A stretch of DNA of 64,000 nucleotides from contig JAWKOD010000004.1 in NCBI GenBank assembly GCA_041391385.1, positions 192,651-256,650 of the forward strand. The letters are read 5' to 3'. The notes under the pieces were generated by a model. The model was given only the letters and a program-made list of their open reading frames with translations. It made no database searches and was not told the origin of the DNA. Each line of letters starts with the position of its first letter. The first letter of the stretch is position 1. Source of the stretch: Bdellovibrionota bacterium (GTDB taxonomy: Bacteria > Bdellovibrionota > UBA2428). The translations under genes and the position numbers were made by a program. This document shows, piece after piece, positions 28,345 through 37,623 of this stretch.

Positions 28345-28967
28345 TCGGCCCGAAGGCAAAACGTGCCGAATTTGTCCTTAAGACGTTAACGAAGCTTTAC
28401 CCTGCACCACCTATTCCCCTTGCACATACCGATGCTTATACACTTTTGGTCTCGGTTCTTTTGTCTGCACAATGCACAGATAAGCGTGTCAATGAAGTGA
28501 CGCCTCACTTGTGGAACTTGGCAAAAGATCCCTTTGCAATGGCGAAGCTTCCAGTAGCCAAAGTAGAGGCAGTTGTGAGGCCTTGTGGATTAGGTCCACA
28601 GAAGTCCAAAGCTATAGTGGGTTTAAGTAAAATATTGATTGATAAACATAACGGCGAAGTTCCACAAAGTTTTGAAGAGCTAGAAGAGTTACCTGGTGTA
28701 GGACACAAAACTGCTAGTGTGGTGATGGCGCAAGCCTTTGGTGTTCCTGCTTTTCCCGTAGATACTCACATTCATCGCTTGGCGAAGCGTTGGAAGCTCA
28801 GCAGCGGCAAAAGTGTAGTGCAAACAGAGCGCGATTTGAAAAAACTCTTTCCCAATGAAACTTGGAACGCTTTGCATTTGCAAATTATCTACTATGGTCG
28901 CGAGCACTGCACAGCACGCGGCTGCGACGGGAAAAGCTGTCTTATTTGTAAAAAGCTAAACGTATAA
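28341..28967 (+). CDS. nth: Endonuclease III
   Basis: HhH-GPD motif (LPGVGHKTASVVM...DTH) and a C-terminal Cys cluster (C-x6-C-x5-C-x2-C). Confidence 0.85.
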   Translation: MIGPKAKRAEFVLKTLTKLYPAPPIPLAHTDAYTLLVSVLLSAQCTDKRVNEVTPHLWNLAKDPFAMAKLPVAKVEAVVRPCGLGPQKSKAIVGLSKILIDKHNGEVPQSFEELEELPGVGHKTASVVMAQAFGVPAFPVDTHIHRLAKRWKLSSGKSVVQTERDLKKLFPNETWNALHLQIIYYGREHCTARGCDGKSCLICKKLNV

Positions 28968-28989
28968 TTTTATTTTTATTGGACGTCTA

Positions 28990-30312
28990 GGTTAAGTCTT
29001 TCTTGGGAACCTTGAGAAGACTTTATTCTAGCCTCAACATCGTCAACGTAGTGGTAGGCTCTGCCGATGATTGAGAGGGCTAAGAATTGATCTTGGATGA
29101 GAAGCAGGCCAAAGCTCTTACGTAGATCATGAATGTTTTCTTTAAATCGTCTTTATATTTTTGAAAGGCGGCTTCTTTTGCGGCTCTTTAAAGCTTCCCC
29201 ATTTTCTTCTGTGCTCATAAGAATTTGCTCGTCAGCATTTCATAAGAGCTGAGGCACATTTATGTTGAAGAGGGCTTTCCTCAGTCGGATCGTAGTTGAT
29301 GGGAGTTGCTTTGAGTGTAAAAGAGCTGTATCTGGCCATTGAAGTTGTTTCGGGAATAGAGAGAAATAGTGTCGTGACTTTTAATGTTTGCGAGACCAGA
29401 GGGAGTTATATTGAGTGAAAGCTTGTTCAGTAAAAGTGTTCGCTGAGAACTGGAGAATCATCTACTTTGGATTTTTTACAAAGTTGTTGGGGTCTGCTGC
29501 AAAGTTGAGGTCGCTTGAAACAAAACTAAGTTCGAGTGTACAGCTCATGGAAGAATTAAAGCTTTGCTCAACGGAATCTCTATGAGATCGCGGATGTCTT
29601 GGGACTTAGGCGCATATCGAAGCTCTTCTCCGTCACAGCTTGTGACTCTTGCTAAATAACGAGTGGGAATTGCAAATGCATTTGGGTCTGAGAGGGCACC
29701 TATCAGGAGATGGCTAGTCGTTTTTATATCGATCCAGAACTTTGAGAGATTGTACTGAGTCCGACTATCTTCAACTCCACATCAGCTGTGGCATCTTTCG
29801 GACTAATGGGTCACAGAAGCTAGCATAGCCGAGTGCAACGTTGGCAATAATAATTGTTTGAGTATTATAGAATCACTGTATGAATAGCGGGGTTACTGTT
29901 TTATGACATCTAGGGGGGACTTTGGCTTTATAGGAGTTCTTGGATTTGATCTGAGACATTTGAGTGCTGGGCATGGTGATTGAGAGTATTCATCCGCACG
30001 ACTGCTTATTTGCAAGAGTGAGTGACAGAGCACTGTGAAGAAACGAATTTTCGTATTGTAGAGTGTATTTTTCATAATATATACTTTCTAAAGGCACCTT
30101 TCTAAAGAAATGGTTTTGAGATTTTATTTCAAAATAGTATTTTCCATCGTCTGATTTTCTGAGATGAAGCACTTGGCTCTGTCGTAGATGAGGCTATCGA
30201 GCCGTACTTTTTTTTCAGCAAGAATTTCTCGGCAATAGAGCAGAGCATCTTTTTAAGAAGAAAAACTTAGGGAATCGGTGAGTCTTGTAGTGAAGGCTGC
30301 TTTCGATGAGTT
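28990..30312 (-). pseudogene. Unresolved decayed coding remnants; no ORF above 60 aa
   Basis: Minus-strand translation yields protein-like stretches in shifting frames interrupted by stops. Examples: ...WIDIKTTSHLLIGALSDPNAFAIPTRYLARVTSCDGEELRY..., ...RFKENIHDLRKSFGLLLIQDQFLALSIIGRAYHYVDDVEA..., DGKYYFEIKSQNHFF... Boundaries are approximate. Confidence 0.4.
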
Positions 30313-30761
30313 TCAGGGACTTTCGCTGAGTTTGGCTACACCCCAAATACTTAACGTATGGACTTCGATTTGTAGAATGTCTTGAGTTTCCCATTTTTTA
30401 GTGGGAACTTTTTTGATAAATTGGGGTTTCAGTAAATCGATAATAACCCCAGTAGTCTCCCTCTTCTTCTCGGCTGAGACCCTTGAATATCCATTTCTCG
30501 CCACGAGTGTAACCTAAAACTTTTTCTTCAATCTCTTTGTGTCCAATTTTGCAGTAAGACATAAAAGTATTTGCGTCTGTTGAGTTCCTTGTATTGAACG
30601 CAAATCCTAAGGCTTCCTCTACACTAAAGCTTTTGTCCGTTTTTGGTAACTGAGTATCAATTGTGGGGATATTCTTGGAAGTGGTGGCTCGTTAGAGGAA
30701 TTTTTGAGCTGCAAGGACGTAGTTACTTAAGAGGAGTGAGGTGAGTAGTTTTTTTTCTCAT
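30313..30761 (-). pseudogene. Decayed small secreted-protein gene (copy C of the tandem set)
   Basis: ATG 30761 is followed by AG + A8. The signal peptide (LLTSLLLSNYVLAAQ) lies in another frame. There is an in-frame TAA after AAQKFL and a further shift at an A6 run. The remaining sequence reads ...GYTRGEKWIFKGLSREEEGDYWGYYRFTE... Confidence 0.5.
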
Positions 30762-31276
30762 TACCAGTACCCCGTCATCTTTCGAATTGCTTTGAGATTC
30801 TCCATTGGGTGCATATCCCTGATTCTGGAGAGCAAACCCCTTGCTTTTTTGAGACGTTCAAGTACAATATTTACTACTTGTACGGTGTCTCTTTCTGTTC
30901 GTCCGTAACTTCGATAGCTATTATTAAAATGATCAGAGAGCTTAATGTCTCCATATATTTGTCAGATCCTCGAATGGAGTAAGCCCTATTGGAGGCATGA
31001 ATATAGCATTTGAGTTTCCGAAGGTTGTATTGATTGAGGCTAAATTCATATCAAGAGAGCCTTCGAACCGTAGGTGAGGCATCAATTCGCACTCCGTTAA
31101 TGGTTAAATTGCTTGTGTTGTTTTGGTATTCGTCATGCCTTGGTGGATAATCCTCCAAGTAAAGCACTCTTCTGGGAGGAGGAGGTGGTGGGGGTGCTTG
31201 ACGTTGCATTCCGTAGCTTGCAGTTAAGGAAAAGTTGCTCAGTAAAACAATAAGATTAAGAGAGTATTTTTTTCAT
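30761..31276 (-). pseudogene. Decayed small secreted-protein gene (copy A, paralog of copy B)
   Basis: ATG 31276 is followed by an A7 run where A6 would keep MKKYSLNLIVLLSNFSLTASYG in frame. There is an in-frame TGA (…PTVRRLS*YEF…) and another shift. It ends …KMTGYW* at TAA 30761-30763. It aligns with copy B through NGV(R/E)IDA…KLKCYI…YS(I/L)RG.DKYMETL…R(T)(E/N)RDTV.V.N…. Confidence 0.6.
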
Positions 31277-31783
31277 TACCAGTACTCGTCATCTTTTGTA
31301 GGCTTTTCTTGGGCTTTTCAACTTCTACATGGTTATTTTCTACATGGTTATTGGGGATGTAGCCTTTTGAGCTTTCAGAGCAAACACCTGCTTTTATAAG
31401 GCGACCGAGCAATAGGTTTGCAACATAGACGGTGTCTCTGTTTGTTCGAGAGCTGGAATACCTTGAGAAATCTGTAATAATATTTCGTTTTAAGGAGGCA
31501 AGTGAGTTCAACGTCTCCATATTTGTCTTTGCCGCGAAGGGAGTATGAATTTCCGTAATCATTAATGTAGCATTTGAGTTTCCATAGGTTTTGCTGGTGA
31601 AGTCTAAGATAGTCGTAAATCCCTGACTGCACGGGCCATGCATCAATTTCTACGCCATTGAGAACGAAAGCATTTCTTTGGGATAGCTTGATTTTTAACT
31701 TTTTTATTAGCTGCAAAGCTTATTGATATAAAAGCACTTAGCAGAATAAAAGCATGGGAGTGTTTTGATACTTTAGTTTTCAT
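31276..31783 (-). pseudogene. Decayed small secreted-protein gene (copy B)
   Basis: ATG 31783 opens the signal peptide MKTKVSKHSHAFILLSAFISISFAA. The frame shifts in an A-rich stretch. Relative to copy A there is a 2-nt (AT) deletion in AAATAT(AT)GGAGAC and a 1-nt loss just before the YW* end. Track ORFs 31375-31716 and 31239-31646 are its two main frames. Confidence 0.6.
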
Positions 31784-31887
31784 TTGCACCTGGAAGTGAG
31801 GCTTTAGCAAAGGGGGCTTTAAGGAGTCTCGGAGAAGTCTGACATTCTGACATTTTTCTTGATGCGCAGCGTAATTTGCTGTAGCTT

Positions 31888-33205
31888 GTGCATGTGAAAA
31901 TACTTCTCAAACTGCTCTCTGTGCTTGTTGTATGTTTTTCGCAAGCATCTGATTTTACAGCCGTTTATTTAACTTTACCACACTCTTCCGATGAGCCTCA
32001 CCCTCTCAATGAAGCACCAGCAAAGCATGTTTCGTGTACGAGTCAGCTCATTAAGGTGGGCGGTAGGTGCTATTTAATAAGTACGGATCATTGTCAGGCC
32101 TCGGGGCATACAAAAGTAGCCTTTACTACGCTAAAGAAAAACAAAATTTAAGTTTAAAAAATCTTCGAAAAGCTCGGCTCTTGATTTGAGAGAGTACGAA
32201 GTCCCTGCTGAGTTGAAGGAAGATTGTGAGGACTTATTACTCAGATAAGCGCATTGTAAGCACAGCGGAAGTTCTTGAACGCAAAGAGCTTTATTCCTTT
32301 AAGTTAAAAGGTTTTGTTAACCATCAGTACAGAGAAGAATTTTCTCGGGAGAAGATTGGGCAAGGTGGTTATGCCTACGCTTACATAGATCTTTTGCCTA
32401 TGGGCGCAGTGGATTGGTTTGAACTTGATAAAGTACAAATGTTTCCCGGAATGAGGCTGCGGAATCCATTCAGGACTCCTTTGTTGGAATATCTTATATC
32501 TACATGCAAGATGTGAGTATCGTTGTGCCCTATGCAAGTATTGTTAGATTTCTTCAAACAAGCGAGCTCACTTCCCTTCGAAGCTCCGGTGGAGCATTCA
32601 TAGTCAAAAAGTTCCGTTCAACCTGCAGCAGATAATCTTAAAGGGTGGTGGCGGGAATGAGCACGCAAGGGTGCGGGCAATGAACATTCCAAGGGCATGA
32701 CTGGTATATAGCTCAGAGGCAGGAGCCGTTACATGTATTAGAGATGACTCAGGAGCCGGATGAAGGGGTCGTTTCTCCTGCAAATTCAAAGCTTAGAATT
32801 TTAGGCATCGATGGAGAGCAGGTAGATGGTTGGGACGACTATAGTCTTTCACGCTCAAGCGACATGTCCAAAGTGCAAGTGATAACACGTGAAAATTCTA
32901 AGGGTTCATACCCAGACCTAAAAATCAGAAAGAAACTACTCGATCGCTTTGATGGTTATTACAGCTCGATTTTAACAATGGAAAGCCAAAAGCATTTGAT
33001 TTTTGTTCCAGATATTCAAAACCCTTTGGGCTGGCGGATTGGTTATAGTGCAATGCCTCTTGTGGATATCAATATTGAAGGTGACACGATAAGCATTAGC
33101 ACAGGCATCCACGGATTTACTCAGAGAGGGCGTGCCGTTCAGGGCTTTTCAAATTCAGATCCCATTCCTAAAATGCAAATGAAGGAAGACATTTTCTTAA
33201 GGTGA
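31888..33205 (+). pseudogene. Decayed secreted trypsin-like serine protease, paralog of 41371-42591
   Basis: Signal peptide VKILLKLLSVLVVCFSQA. The His region reads GGRCYLISTDHC. The remainder is scattered over three frames with stops: ...ALDLREYEVP..., ...YASIVRFLQTSELTSLRSSGGAFIV... (Ser motif). The last 153 codons (32744-33205) are intact. It parallels LTSAHV / ADVDLLEV / YESLIRFNLLSGMSGAPV in the intact paralog. Confidence 0.6.
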
Positions 33206-33564
33206 ACTTTGATCCTGAGTATAAAGCAATGCAGATTTCTGGCAGGCAGTATAATTTAAACTCATTGGGAGATCCTCGAGAGTTTGCACTCTCATGGACC
33301 TGTAAAAATCAACAATACTTAAAGATCATTTGTGAGTCTCGCGGCAATGGCCAACGTTATTCAAATTTAAGTCTTTCAAAGAGTAGTGAAGGAGATCATT
33401 CGGTATTGAGGTTTCGGCTCACTTATTTTGAAACGATTAATCAAGTACCTGTTTATCATTATTACTACGGTATAGCCGTGAAGAGCGTTTCGACTCGTCA
33501 AATGCGAAAGGCTCATTGGAGTACTTTTCCCTATGACAAAAAAGGGAGAACGTTTAAGAAATGA
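33202..33564 (+). CDS. Hypothetical protein, translationally coupled on both sides
   Basis: 120-aa ORF. Its GTG overlaps the upstream stop (GTGA) and its stop overlaps the next ATG (ATGA). No signal peptide and no recognisable motif. Confidence 0.5.
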   Translation: MNFDPEYKAMQISGRQYNLNSLGDPREFALSWTCKNQQYLKIICESRGNGQRYSNLSLSKSSEGDHSVLRFRLTYFETINQVPVYHYYYGIAVKSVSTRQMRKAHWSTFPYDKKGRTFKK

Positions 33565-34745
33565 GAAAAATTTATTCTGAGGCTTACCTTATGGGGATTC
33601 AGGCCTTCATCGATTCAGATTTAGCATCACTTAATAAGTACATTCAAAAAACTGAACACTCCTATGAAAGAAAACTTTTAAAAGTTCGCCAGTACATGGC
33701 AGTCTCAGAAAACTCAAAAGCCTTAGAATTGTGTTTAAGTGTTGCAAGCTTTCCTTTAGCAGCTTTTGCTGAGAAAAACTTCTTGTTGGCAACCTTATAT
33801 TTTTCTAAAAGGTTTTATGAAAAAGCTGCCTATCATGGGTCACTCGCGCTAGAGACTTTTCAGAAATTATCATTACCCGAGCGTATTTTTAAGTCTTACT
33901 ATAATTTGTCAGTCACTTATTCTGAGTTGCGTTGGAATGATATGAGTAAATTGTATTTGGATAGAGCCATTGAGAGTGCTACGAGTACTGAGGATAAATT
34001 AGATGTCATGCGCGCCAAAGCTTGCCATCATTCTGTGAACAACGAGTATCCCAAAGCTAAAGAAGTCTTAAGCGAAATGCAGGAGTTGATTTTAGATCTT
34101 GAAAGCTATGATGTGGAAATGTTCTGGCTCATTGCTTCCGATATTCATATTTGGGCTAAGGAGTATCCTGAGGCTTCGCGCTGTTTATCAAGGATAAAAA
34201 AACGTGTGAACTTTGCTTATAGGGAGCGACTCTTTACTCAGAGAACTTTGCTGGATTTTATTCTTATTCCTTCACAGCCTTTGACACTCCCTAAGCTTCC
34301 TAAGATTTTCACAACAGATTCGGAGTTTTTTCTTCAATTGAGTTTTTTAAGGGCACTGCAAGACGGAGATTTAAGGTCTTCTCAGGCCTTTTGGAATTCC
34401 TTGTGTCAATTGCGTCCACAAGTATATGGGGCTTCTTACGTGTGCCTATCGCATGTTGACAAGCGAAATGCTTTTTTTCAATGCCTTGATAAGTTGAGGA
34501 CTCCATTCATTAAGGCAGGCGAGGTACCCGTTCTTAGTGGAAAGCTTAAAGTTGCTTATGAGTCGCTTTCGTTAAGTCGGGTTCCACTTAGAAAAGAAGA
34601 GTGGATTGAGAAGATATGGGGAGTGCCTTATTCCACCGAGTTTGATTCTCGCTTTTATAAGTTAGTTGAACGCTTAAAGACAAAAATCCCACAGAGTCTT
34701 TTGCAAAAAAACAGGGCTTATATCTTGGGCTCAAAGTATAATTAG
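33561..34745 (+). CDS. Transcriptional regulator: N-terminal TPR-like helical repeat domain plus C-terminal OmpR/PhoB-type winged helix
   Basis: 394 aa. The C-terminus LSGKLKVAYESLSLSRVPLRKEEWIEKIWGVPYSTEFDSRFYKLVERLKTKIP...NRAYIL follows the trans_reg_C pattern (L..E..LL..L......s.e.L...vWg......r.l.v.i.rLRkKi....GY.L). Upstream are about 320 aa of TPR-like helices (YYNLSVTYSELRWNDMSKLYLDRAIE...). There is no receiver domain. Confidence 0.7.
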   Translation: MRKIYSEAYLMGIQAFIDSDLASLNKYIQKTEHSYERKLLKVRQYMAVSENSKALELCLSVASFPLAAFAEKNFLLATLYFSKRFYEKAAYHGSLALETFQKLSLPERIFKSYYNLSVTYSELRWNDMSKLYLDRAIESATSTEDKLDVMRAKACHHSVNNEYPKAKEVLSEMQELILDLESYDVEMFWLIASDIHIWAKEYPEASRCLSRIKKRVNFAYRERLFTQRTLLDFILIPSQPLTLPKLPKIFTTDSEFFLQLSFLRALQDGDLRSSQAFWNSLCQLRPQVYGASYVCLSHVDKRNAFFQCLDKLRTPFIKAGEVPVLSGKLKVAYESLSLSRVPLRKEEWIEKIWGVPYSTEFDSRFYKLVERLKTKIPQSLLQKNRAYILGSKYN

Positions 34746-34753
34746 CTATCGTT

Positions 34754-36010
34754 TTAGTAGAGCAATCCAGCGACAGCCGCCGACATGAGCGTTGCAAGGG
34801 TTCCTCCAAGAACAGCTAAGAAGCCGAGCTTAGCGAGAGTGGGTCGTTGGCTAGGAGCTATAGAGCCCAGGCCCCCTAATTGAATTCCTATGGAAGAAAA
34901 GTTAGCAAAACCACAGAGTGCGTATGATGAAATTATTACACTTCTATCTGAGATCAAGGCACCGTCTTTGGCTAAGTGAACGTAGGCTACAAATTCGTTG
35001 ATCATAACTTTTTCGCCTATGAGCTTTCCGACAAATGTCGCTTCAGACCAGGGTACGCCTAACAACCAAGCAAATGGGCGACACAGGTATCCAAGAATAA
35101 TTGAGAAGCTTAAATTCTCACTGATCCCAAACCAAATACCCAGTTTTGCAATACCCGCATCAACAAGTGCGAGCATTGCGATAAATGCAATCAACATTGC
35201 CGCAACATTAATGGCTAGCTGCACGCCTTCTGAGGCGCCACGCGAGAGAGCTTCAATAGCGTTCGAGTCAGCTTTGACTTCTGGAACTTTAACAAAGTTG
35301 GCAGTTACGGGTTTCCCAGTTTCAGGGATGATGATTTTTGAAACAACTAAGCCTGTAACGGCAGACATACAACTTGCCGTTAAAAGATGCCCCGCAATTT
35401 CTGGAATCCTGCTATGGAGCATACTCACATAAGCAGCTTCTACACCTGCCGCAATGGTGGCCATGCCACCTACCATGATGCAATAAATTTCACTTTTGGT
35501 CATACTGGCTACATAGGGTTTAATAATTAGCGGGGCTTCTGTTTGCCCGACAAAAATATTGGCAGCGCCAGAGAGCGTTTCTGCGCCCGAAGTCTTCATG
35601 GTTTTTTGCATAACCCAGGCAACACCCTTTACGACTTTCTGTAATATTCCAAGATGAAAGAGGACTGCCATTAATCCCGAAAAGAAAATGATTGAAGGAA
35701 GGGCTCTAAATGCAAAGATAAAACCCCAAGGATCTTTTGCTTCTGCGAGTGAGCCAAATAAGAATTGTGAGCCAGCTGAGGTAAATCCAATCACACCCGA
35801 AACAAGTTCGTTTAAAAATTCAAAAACAAATCGAAAAACTCCCGGAATTCCAAATGCTGGGATGCCGAGGAGACAGACTGCAAAAGTTACTTGCAAGAGC
35901 ATTCCCATGGCGACAGTCTTCCAGCGAATAGCTTTTCTATTTTGAGAAAAGGCATAAGCAACGGCTAAAAAGACAAAAATACCCAACACTCCAATTAGTC
36001 GACTTGGCAT
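34754..36010 (-). CDS. nupC: NupC/CNT-family concentrative nucleoside transporter
   Basis: Polytopic, 418 aa. The N-terminus (…LAVAYAFSQNRKAIRWKTV…) and the central region (GQTEAPLIIKPY…) match the CNT family. Confidence 0.8.
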   Translation of the reverse strand: MPSRLIGVLGIFVFLAVAYAFSQNRKAIRWKTVAMGMLLQVTFAVCLLGIPAFGIPGVFRFVFEFLNELVSGVIGFTSAGSQFLFGSLAEAKDPWGFIFAFRALPSIIFFSGLMAVLFHLGILQKVVKGVAWVMQKTMKTSGAETLSGAANIFVGQTEAPLIIKPYVASMTKSEIYCIMVGGMATIAAGVEAAYVSMLHSRIPEIAGHLLTASCMSAVTGLVVSKIIIPETGKPVTANFVKVPEVKADSNAIEALSRGASEGVQLAINVAAMLIAFIAMLALVDAGIAKLGIWFGISENLSFSIILGYLCRPFAWLLGVPWSEATFVGKLIGEKVMINEFVAYVHLAKDGALISDRSVIISSYALCGFANFSSIGIQLGGLGSIAPSQRPTLAKLGFLAVLGGTLATLMSAAVAGLLY

Positions 36011-36149
36011 GAGTCTTGTTTAACTCTAGTTTTGGGAGAAGAACAACTGAGCAATTTTAATCTCAAATTAATTGGATAAAAGCTTCCGTTGCTCAGGGGG
36101 GGGATAAGGGCTAAGTTTTAACTCAGCTGCTCTGAGGCAGACTTGTATA

Positions 36150-37136
36150 ATGTGGAATAATTTTAAGTCTTTTCTTTTTAATTTCGATGCCGAGAAGGTA
36201 CATGATCTGAGCGTAGAAACTATTCTTCGCCTAGGGAATTTGAGCCCTTTGCTCTTAGAGACTGCGTCGGGTCATCGGAGTGACTTGAGTTATCCCGTTA
36301 AGTTTCTTGGGAAAACACTACACTCTCCTTTGGGGCTGGCAGCGGGTTTTGATAAAAATGCGCTCTTGGTGCCTTATCTCCCGGCTCTTGGCTTTTCTTT
36401 TGCAGAAATTGGAAGTGTCACTCTTCGTGCTCAATCTGGGAATACTAAGCCGCGTCTTTTTCGAGGAGATGACGTGCTTTTTAATCGCATGGGATTCAAT
36501 AACGATGGGGCTGAGTGCGTGGCACGTCGCTTAGAGTCATACTCAAATTCTCCTCATTTTTTATTGGGTGTGAATATCGGACTGAATAAAGAGACTCCTC
36601 ATGAAAAAGCTCCCGAAGAGTATGCCGAAACTTTTAAGATACTTTCTTCTTATGGAGATTATTTTGTCATAAATGTGAGTTCGCCAAACACTCCTGGATT
36701 GAGAGATTTGCAAGAAGTCTCGGAAATTGAAAAAATATTTTCAAAACTAAAAGCTCATCGTTCAGACAAACCGCTCTATTTAAAATTAGCCTCAGAAGTT
36801 TCTATAGAAACTCGTGAGGAGTTTTATAGGCGAGCTTCCGAGATGGGCATCGATGGATTTGTACTTACAAACACTCTTAAGGGTGAGAGGGAAGGCCTTG
36901 TTGGAGGCTGGAGTGGAGAGTGCCTTCGCTTACCTGCAAGAGAAGCTTTGCTTCATGCGCGACAACATACAAAATTACCCCTTATTTCGGTGGGGGGAAT
37001 TATGGATGTTGATGAAGCTATTGAAAGGTTGCGTTTGGGTGCAAGTTTAATTCAAATTTATACGGGGTGGATTTTTAGAGGACCACGATTTCCTTCACAA
37101 ATAAATGAGCGTTATGCGCGGGAGTTTTCAAGGTGA
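36150..37136 (+). CDS. pyrD: Dihydroorotate dehydrogenase (quinone), class 2
   Basis: GLAAGFDKN, NRMGFNNDG, NVSSPNTPGLR, and GGI near the C-terminus. Confidence 0.85.
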   Translation: MWNNFKSFLFNFDAEKVHDLSVETILRLGNLSPLLLETASGHRSDLSYPVKFLGKTLHSPLGLAAGFDKNALLVPYLPALGFSFAEIGSVTLRAQSGNTKPRLFRGDDVLFNRMGFNNDGAECVARRLESYSNSPHFLLGVNIGLNKETPHEKAPEEYAETFKILSSYGDYFVINVSSPNTPGLRDLQEVSEIEKIFSKLKAHRSDKPLYLKLASEVSIETREEFYRRASEMGIDGFVLTNTLKGEREGLVGGWSGECLRLPAREALLHARQHTKLPLISVGGIMDVDEAIERLRLGASLIQIYTGWIFRGPRFPSQINERYAREFSR

Positions 37137-37609
37137 AGTTTCACGACAAATCAGTGAAGGATTTTACTCAGGAGCTTTTGGCCGAAGGTCTTGATTCTCA
37201 CAAAATAGCGGAGCTTTTTCATGCAATTGAAGCTCATGAAAATCCGCGTGAGATTTATTGGGAGCGCTCGACATATGAACAGCACTTAAAAAGCGAAGAT
37301 CGCGTTTTCTATACGGAAGAAAAAGGGGAGCTGACTTCATTCATTTTTTATCAGGAAGTTAAGCCTGAGATTGAAGTTACTCACTGGGCCGTAAAACATA
37401 AAGGCTGTGGTGAAGGAGGGGCCGTATTTGGGCTTTTCCTCTCTCAAATAGCCTCTCGTGCCTATAAAATCATATTAGAGTGTGGCGAATGGAATAAGCG
37501 CGCTCTTTATCTTTACGCAGCTTTTCAATTCAATAAAGTAGCCTTTCGCCCTAAGTATTACCGTACAGGTGAGGGTGCTTGGATTCTTGAACGCAGTCAC
37601 AATAGCTAG
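37133..37609 (+). CDS. GNAT-family N-acetyltransferase (probable)
   Basis: 158 aa. The C-terminal half resembles the GNAT motif A/B region (…HKGCGEGGAVFGLFLSQI…NKRALYLYAAFQFNKV). Confidence 0.5.
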   Translation: MKFHDKSVKDFTQELLAEGLDSHKIAELFHAIEAHENPREIYWERSTYEQHLKSEDRVFYTEEKGELTSFIFYQEVKPEIEVTHWAVKHKGCGEGGAVFGLFLSQIASRAYKIILECGEWNKRALYLYAAFQFNKVAFRPKYYRTGEGAWILERSHNS

Positions 37610-37623
37610 TAAGTTTCCTAGCT

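Larger units (their letters stand above)
30758..31783 (-). repeat. Tandem duplication (about 515-bp period) of the secreted-protein gene, including a conserved gene junction
   Basis: The junction TACTGGTAATGA(A/G)AAAAAA occurs at both 31273-31290 and 30758-30775 (reverse strand). The bodies are recognisably homologous at nucleotide and protein level. Confidence 0.7.

Noticed and set aside
28968-34750. Interpreting accessory patch 1 as a prophage, integrative element or transposon.
   Set aside because: None of the six frames I read shows an integrase, transposase, recombinase or phage structural motif. I noticed no flanking direct or inverted repeats and no adjacent tRNA.
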